64,000 nucleotides of DNA from the NCBI GenBank assembly GCA_963708295.1, contig CAVPSJ010000012.1, forward strand, positions 128,001-192,000. Reading direction: 5' to 3'. Shown here piece after piece: positions 58,633 through 64,000 of this stretch. The notes under the pieces are model-generated. The model ran no database searches and was not told where the DNA came from. It saw nothing but the letters and a program-made list of their open reading frames with translations. The translations under genes were made by a program, and so were the position numbers. This DNA is from an uncultured delta proteobacterium. GTDB lineage: Bacteria; Desulfobacterota; BSN033; UBA1163. Position 1 is the stretch's first letter, and each line of letters starts with the position of its first letter.

Positions 58633-59763
58633 ATGATGGCGACGGACATTTATGAAAGATTGGCTGAACATCTCGATAATCTGCCCGGAGGTTTCCCACG
58701 GACTGAAAGTGGCGTGGAAATGCGAATTCTACGGCGGCTCTTTACCCCTGAAGACGCCAAGCTTGCGGTCCACCTGACACTGATCCCTGAGGAACCAAGA
58801 GTGGTTGCTCGGCGGGCCAGGATCCCGGTCGGGGAGGCTTCCCAACGATTGGAGGGGATGGTCAAGGCCGGCCTGATCATCGGGGTCTATCCGAAGAACA
58901 AATCACCTCTGTACATGGCCGAGCAGTTCCTCGTCGGCTTCTGGGAAAGCCAGGTGAATCGACTGAGTCGAGAGCTGATCGAAGAGTTCGAAGAGTACCT
59001 GCCGTTTTTCACCGAACAAAACATCGGGCCGGGAGTCCCCCAGTTGAGAACGATCCCCGTGGGGAAGAGCATCAGCACGCAAACCGAGGTCATGCTCTAT
59101 GAGCGGGCAGAGGAGCTGGTGCGGACCCACAAGACATTTGCCGTGGCCAATTGTATTTGCCGGCAGGAGATGCGCATCATGGGCAAAGGCTGTAAGAAGC
59201 CCGAAGAGAGCTGCCTGAGTATGGGAATGGCCGCCAAACTCGTGGTGCGCACGGGCAGGGGCAGGCCCATCGACAGGGAGGAGGCCCTGGCGATCCTTCG
59301 GCGTGCCGAGGAAGTCGGGCTCGTCCTGCAACCCTCCAACTCTAAGAAGGCCCCTTTTATCTGAACGTGCTGCGGCTGCTGCTGTGGCGTGCTCCGCAGC
59401 ATTAAACGCTATCCGAATCCGGCCAGTCTCGTGTCTACCCCTTTTGTGGCGAGCCTCGCGACCGATACGTGCAAAGGCTGTGGAGCCTGTGTCAAGCGCT
59501 GCCAGATGGAAGCCCTTTCTGTAGACCATAAGAAAGCGGCCCTGGATTCGAATCGATGCATCGGTTGCGGTTTGTGTGTCAGCACGTGCCCTACCGGCTC
59601 GCTTTCTCTCATACGCAAGCCCAGAGCGAAACAGCCCTATGTTCCCGGGGATATCGTGGAAACCCATATCAAGCTCGGGAAGGCTCGAGGCAAGCTGGGT
59701 GTCGGCAAGAGGATAGGGATGAAGGTCAGGTCGAAGCTGGACCGGTTGCTAGCCTCTAAATAG
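58633..59763 (+). CDS. 4Fe-4S ferredoxin-domain protein with in-frame TGA (59362-59364), candidate selenoprotein
   Basis: The two track ORFs are in the same frame. Readthrough gives CICRQ..C..C...PFI-U-TCCGCCCG, followed by two CxxCxxCxxxC motifs. Confidence 0.8.
59367..59402 (+). promoter_or_regulatory. Candidate bacterial SECIS hairpin
   Basis: GTGCTGCGG pairs with CCGCAGCAT; upper stem closes a UGUG loop (59383-59386) 18 nt after the UGA. Confidence 0.6.
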
Positions 59764-59907
59764 ATAAGGGGGGCAGTGAATCCCTCCCCAACTTGAGTCA
59801 GACCAATTAATCCACCGGCGTTTTGTTCATGGGTCCCAAATCTACCGGCAGCACTCCTTTGACAGCTTGAGTTCACATACTTATATTTGAAGTGAGGAGG
59901 CAAGCCA

Positions 59908-60078
59908 ATGAACAGTAGACTATTAAAATGGTTTATGATCGTGTTGTTCTCGATATCAGCGCTGACCGGGTGTTTTTTTTATCACGACCGGGATGATCAC
60001 TATCGGGATCATGGGTACTCTCACGATAGGGATGATCACCACCACCCTGATCGAGACGACGGACACCATAGATACTAA
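59908..60078 (+). CDS. 56-aa His/Asp/Arg-rich lipoprotein
   Basis: RBS GAGGAGG; MNSRLLKWFMIVLFSISALTG-C lipobox, then FFYHDRDDHYRDHGYSHDRDDHHHPDRDDGHHRY; below the ORF-track length cutoff. Confidence 0.7.
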   Translation: MNSRLLKWFMIVLFSISALTGCFFYHDRDDHYRDHGYSHDRDDHHHPDRDDGHHRY

Positions 60079-60157
60079 CGAATTCTTTATTTACTCCGGC
60101 CCGGAAAAGAACCGGAACAAGGACGGAGGAGATGAGGCGGAAGCCGGCGGATTCTGC

Positions 60158-61528
60158 CTATCGGGTGCCGCGTTTAACCAATCTGGCTGCAAAAAATCCG
60201 TCCATCTCATGACCGGGAGGAAAGGTCTTGAAATATCCATTCCGGATAAAAACGTGGAATTTCTCCGGAAGGACCTGATCCATTCGATCCAGTTGAAATT
60301 CCGAATGCTCGTTTAAAAACTTCTCCACCACATCCTCATTTTCCTCGTGGAAAACCGTACAGGTGCTGTAGACCAGGACGCCTCCCTCTTTCACATAGGG
60401 TGCAACATTCCCCAATATGGAAAGTTGAAGCTCACTTAGCCGCTTGAAATCTTTTTCCCCTCTTCTCCACTTCAAATCAGGATTCTTGCGAATCGTCCCA
60501 AACCCCGAACAGGGAACATCCACCAGGACGCGATCGAAGAATAACCGCCCCGGGATAGGGAGAGAGGCCGCCGCACTTCCCTTGATCGTTTTAACGATCT
60601 TGACTCCCAGCCGTTGACACATCTCTTCAATCAAATCCAATTTCTCCCTGCCGACATCCACAGCATAGACTTCTCCCCGATTCTCCATGGCCTGAGCCAT
60701 ATGGGTGGTCTTCCCGCCTGGAGCCGCACAGGCATCGAGGATTCGTTCTCCCGGCTTCGGGTCCACAACGGAAGTGATCAATTGAGAGGCCTCATCCTGA
60801 ATGATATAGAAACCTTCTTTAAGGAATGGAAGCTCTGAGGTGGGTGGGGGATCCTGGAGCAAAATCCCCTCTTCTGAAAAATTGGATGGAAGGGGTTTCA
60901 ACGCCTTTTCCCGGAGCTTATCCATAAGGTCTCCCCGGTTTATCTTCAGGGTGTTGGTCCGAAGCGCCAAGGGGGAAATCTGATTATTAACCTTGCAGAT
61001 CCGGAGGGTTTCTTCCGCCCCCAGCTCTTTTACCCATCTCTGAACCAGCCAGAGAGGATGGGATTGGACGACGGAGATATGGAGTGCCGGATCCTGGTCC
61101 CTTTCCGGATAGAGGATTTCATCTTTTTCCCGGATGGATGAGCGAAGCACGGCGTTGACAAAACCCGCTCCGCCTTTTCCCCGGAACCGTTTCTCCAGCT
61201 CGACCGACTCGTTGACCGCGGCCGAGGAGGGGGTCCTGGTCAAAAAAAGGATTTGGTAGAGTCCAAGGCGCAGGATATTGAGAGTTCCGGGCTCGATTTT
61301 TTCAAATGGGATTTTCGAAAAATGGCGGATCACCCAATCAAGTTTTCCTCTCCAGCGGATGACTCCGTAAGTCAACTCTGTGAGAAAGGCTCGATCGAGG
61401 GAGGTAAAATATCGGTAACGTTTGAAGGAATCCGTCAGAAGACGATCGGTATGGGCATTGGCCCCCCCCACCCGATTTAGGATGTCGAGGCAGATTGCCC
61501 TCGGAGATTTTTTCGAAGCTCCCCTCAT
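60158..61528 (-). CDS. rsmB: 16S rRNA m5C967 methyltransferase (Sun)
   Basis: NusB-like N-terminal domain, QDEAS, DACAAPGGKT, DVPCSG, YSTCT..EENE, DGFF. Confidence 0.95.
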   Translation of the reverse strand: MRGASKKSPRAICLDILNRVGGANAHTDRLLTDSFKRYRYFTSLDRAFLTELTYGVIRWRGKLDWVIRHFSKIPFEKIEPGTLNILRLGLYQILFLTRTPSSAAVNESVELEKRFRGKGGAGFVNAVLRSSIREKDEILYPERDQDPALHISVVQSHPLWLVQRWVKELGAEETLRICKVNNQISPLALRTNTLKINRGDLMDKLREKALKPLPSNFSEEGILLQDPPPTSELPFLKEGFYIIQDEASQLITSVVDPKPGERILDACAAPGGKTTHMAQAMENRGEVYAVDVGREKLDLIEEMCQRLGVKIVKTIKGSAAASLPIPGRLFFDRVLVDVPCSGFGTIRKNPDLKWRRGEKDFKRLSELQLSILGNVAPYVKEGGVLVYSTCTVFHEENEDVVEKFLNEHSEFQLDRMDQVLPEKFHVFIRNGYFKTFPPGHEMDGFFAARLVKRGTR

Positions 61529-61610
61529 GTCGGGGCTTCCCGGGAATGAAATGCCATTCAGAGTATGCCCTTAGCCCGTCGGAAAGATTGGGCTGCGGGG
61601 CGCTTGCCGG

Positions 61611-62471
61611 TCAAAACTTTCCTGTCCTCGCCATCTCTTCGAGCCTGGCGATACGTTCTTCCATCGGCGGGTGGGTGCTGAAGAGGGAAAGGACCCCTCC
61701 CCCCCTTAACGGATTGACGATGAACATGTGAGCGGTGGAAGGATTGGCCTGCATGGGAATCTTCTGGGAGGCTATTTCCAGCTTTCCCAAGGCTTTCGCT
61801 AATGAAAGGGGATGAGCGAGATGGGCTCCACCCTCATCCGCCATGTACTCCCGGGAGCGGGAAATCGCCATCTGAATGAGCATCGCCGCAACGGAAGCAA
61901 CGATCGAAACGAGGAGCACGACGAGAATATTTCCTCCCCCGCCGCCCTCTTCATCATCGGAGCGGCCTCCTCCGAAGATCGCTCCCCAGCGGGCCATCGA
62001 CGCAAGCATGCCGATCGCGCCAGCCATCGTGGCGGCAATCGTGCTGATGAGGATATCGCGGTGCTGAATATGGGAAAGCTCATGACCGATGACTCCCATC
62101 AGTTCTTCTTTTGACAGAATTCTCATAATCCCCGATGTGACGGCGACGGCCGCATGTTCCGGATTTCTTCCCGTTGCAAAAGCATTCGGTGTCTCATTTT
62201 CCATGATATAGACCTTCGGCATCGGAAGGCTGGCCTTGCTCGTCAGTTCCGCGACGATCCCGTAAAGCTCGGGGGCCTCGCCTTGCGTGACTTCCTTTGC
62301 GCCGTACATACGGAGGACCATTTTGTCACTAAACCAGTACATGACGAAATTCATCAGGCCTGCAAAGACAAAGGCATAGATCGCCCCGTTTTTTCCCCCG
62401 ATGGCCGTCCCCACCAGAATAAAAATACCCGTTAAAACCAGCATCAAAATGAACGTCTTAAATTGATTCAT
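61611..62471 (-). CDS. htpX: Zinc metalloprotease HtpX
   Basis: [27 protein letters not shown]. Confidence 0.96.
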   Translation of the reverse strand: MNQFKTFILMLVLTGIFILVGTAIGGKNGAIYAFVFAGLMNFVMYWFSDKMVLRMYGAKEVTQGEAPELYGIVAELTSKASLPMPKVYIMENETPNAFATGRNPEHAAVAVTSGIMRILSKEELMGVIGHELSHIQHRDILISTIAATMAGAIGMLASMARWGAIFGGGRSDDEEGGGGGNILVVLLVSIVASVAAMLIQMAISRSREYMADEGGAHLAHPLSLAKALGKLEIASQKIPMQANPSTAHMFIVNPLRGGGVLSLFSTHPPMEERIARLEEMARTGKF

Positions 62472-62616
62472 TTAGAATTTACCCTCCTTTTACAAAAGCC
62501 AGTATAATCATTCATCCTTTTTTTGTCAATTCCTGGACATCCCCGGCGCAAAAGTGGGGCTTGCTCAGACTCAGTCCCGAGCAGTGCATTGCGCCTGCAC
62601 CGCGCCCTCTCTTACC

Positions 62617-62666
62617 TTTTGAAATTTGACATTTATTTGAACTTTGAACTTTGATATTTGCCATTT
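62617..62666. repeat. Half heptamer-repeat tract (TTTGAAC/TTTGAAA-like)
   Basis: Degenerate 7-mers resembling the right arm of the 8524 element. Confidence 0.6.
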
Positions 62667-62671
62667 CTCTT

Positions 62672-63616
62672 TTATACGAAGACCGTCCCGACAGAAATAG
62701 AATGTCCGGAAAGAAATTCCCGGATGGTCATTTTCCTCTTCCCCTCCAGTTGAATTTCCTCGATCAGGTAGGAATCCTTCCCGGTCTCCACCTGGATGAA
62801 ATCCGACCCGATCCAGACCACTTCTCCCGGTTTTCCCGAAGGCACCCTTTCCCTTATCCTTCCTCCAAGAACTTTCAGAAGCCGGTCCCCCCATTTCGTA
62901 AAGGCTCCCGGCCATGGATGGAGCGCACGGATCTGCCGGTCGATCTCTGCGGCCCCCTTCTCCCAATGGATGCGTCCGTCTTCTTTTTTCAGAGGAGGAG
63001 CATAGGTCGCTTTCGAGTGATCCTGCGGAACGGGTCGTATCTCTCCTGCCTTCATTTTCTCAACGGTTCTTGCTAACAGTTGAGCTCCCAGAGCGGCTAA
63101 CCGATCGTGCAGTGTCTCGCAGGTCACTTCGTTGCCGATGGGAACCTCCGCTTGCAAGAGGATGCTCCCCGTGTCCATCCCTTCGTCCATGGCCATCGTC
63201 GTCACGCCCGTCACTTTTTCTCCTTCCAGGATGGCCCGGGCAATGGGTGCGGCTCCCCGATACCCCGGAAGTAAGGAGGCGTGGACATTGACGGCTCCGT
63301 ATTTTGGAATGTTCAAAACGGACTTTGGTAAAATCTGACCGTAGGCGACGACCACGAAGAGGTCGGGTTGAACACCCTTCACCGTCTCCTGAAAAGCTTC
63401 TTCTTTCACTTTCTCTGGCTGAAGAACGGGAAGGCCGTGCTGGAGGGCAAGCTCTTTTATGGGAGAAATAACCATTTTTCTCCCCCTTCCCTTTTCCCTG
63501 TCCGGCTGAGTGACGACACCCACCACTTCATCAGGTCCCTCCAAAAGGCCCCTCAGGGTGGCGAGTGCAAAGGATGGGGTCCCAAAGAAAACGATCCGCC
63601 AGGGCGGTGCGCTCAA
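62672..63616 (-). CDS. fmt: Methionyl-tRNA formyltransferase
   Basis: FFGTP.FA, VVTQPDR..GRG, NVHASLLP.YRGAAPI, GMDTG. Confidence 0.97.
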   Translation of the reverse strand: MSAPPWRIVFFGTPSFALATLRGLLEGPDEVVGVVTQPDREKGRGRKMVISPIKELALQHGLPVLQPEKVKEEAFQETVKGVQPDLFVVVAYGQILPKSVLNIPKYGAVNVHASLLPGYRGAAPIARAILEGEKVTGVTTMAMDEGMDTGSILLQAEVPIGNEVTCETLHDRLAALGAQLLARTVEKMKAGEIRPVPQDHSKATYAPPLKKEDGRIHWEKGAAEIDRQIRALHPWPGAFTKWGDRLLKVLGGRIRERVPSGKPGEVVWIGSDFIQVETGKDSYLIEEIQLEGKRKMTIREFLSGHSISVGTVFV

Positions 63617-64000
63617 GGTTTTTCTTCCTTACGCTTCTCTTTCTTTAACTTATTCCGATAAATTTCTCTTTTCAGCTGGCTCACTCTGTCCAGGATAAGA
63701 ATCCCATTGATATGGTCAATTTCGTGCTGGAGGGCAATGGCGAATATCCCGTCTCCGTTGATTTCCACTTCCATCCCTTCCGGAGACAGCCCCTTCACAC
63801 AGACTTTTTCTTTCCTCTTTATTTTTTCCAGATAATCCGGGACGCTCAGACATCCTTCTTCATGGTCCACCTCGCCTTCTTCGGAGATGATCTCGGGGTT
63901 GATCAAGGCGAGGAAGGTGTGCTGGGGATCCAACGGGCTGACGTCGAGAACGATCACTTTCCGGGAGACCCCGACCTGACAGGCAGCCAAGCCCACACCG
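63613..64000 (-). CDS. def: Peptide deformylase (5' end outside the window)
   Basis: GVGLAA.QVG, EGCLS, QHEIDH. Confidence 0.96.
   Translation of the reverse strand, partial: GVGLAACQVGVSRKVIVLDVSPLDPQHTFLALINPEIISEEGEVDHEEGCLSVPDYLEKIKRKEKVCVKGLSPEGMEVEINGDGIFAIALQHEIDHINGILILDRVSQLKREIYRNKLKKEKRKEEKP

Overview
Bacterial window, probably from a Desulfobacterota (deltaproteobacterial) metagenome-assembled genome. This is inferred from gene content: a Desulfovibrio-type cox operon, AOR, DUF3786 and an AprA-like flavoprotein. The left part (2.3-15.9 kb) is a co-oriented respiratory cluster. It has sco-coxA-coxC-coxD-coxB(heme c)-cyoE (A2-type heme-copper O2 reductase), then a four-gene alternative-complex-III/Qrc-like module (pentaheme cytochrome c, molybdopterin-fold subunit, Fe-S subunit, NrfD-type membrane subunit), a fused biotin carboxylase-BCCP and a monoheme cytochrome c. 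The middle is an accessory mosaic: AOR, flavoprotein, TRAP/TTT/POT transporters, TA pairs, a truncated OmcA/MtrC gene, a CapK-like ligase plus opine dehydrogenase pair, and NERD/AAA/YhcG genes. It is littered with short non-autonomous repeats and at least five relics of REP-associated tyrosine transposase (RAYT) C-termini that sit next to gene fragments. The right end has a 4Fe-4S protein with an in-frame TGA at a Cys position followed by a SECIS-like hairpin (candidate selenoprotein), then rsmB, htpX, fmt and def. Several single-base frameshifts in the first 31 kb look like assembly errors. No rRNA, tRNA or CRISPR array was found. All family assignments come from motif recognition by eye, not database searches.
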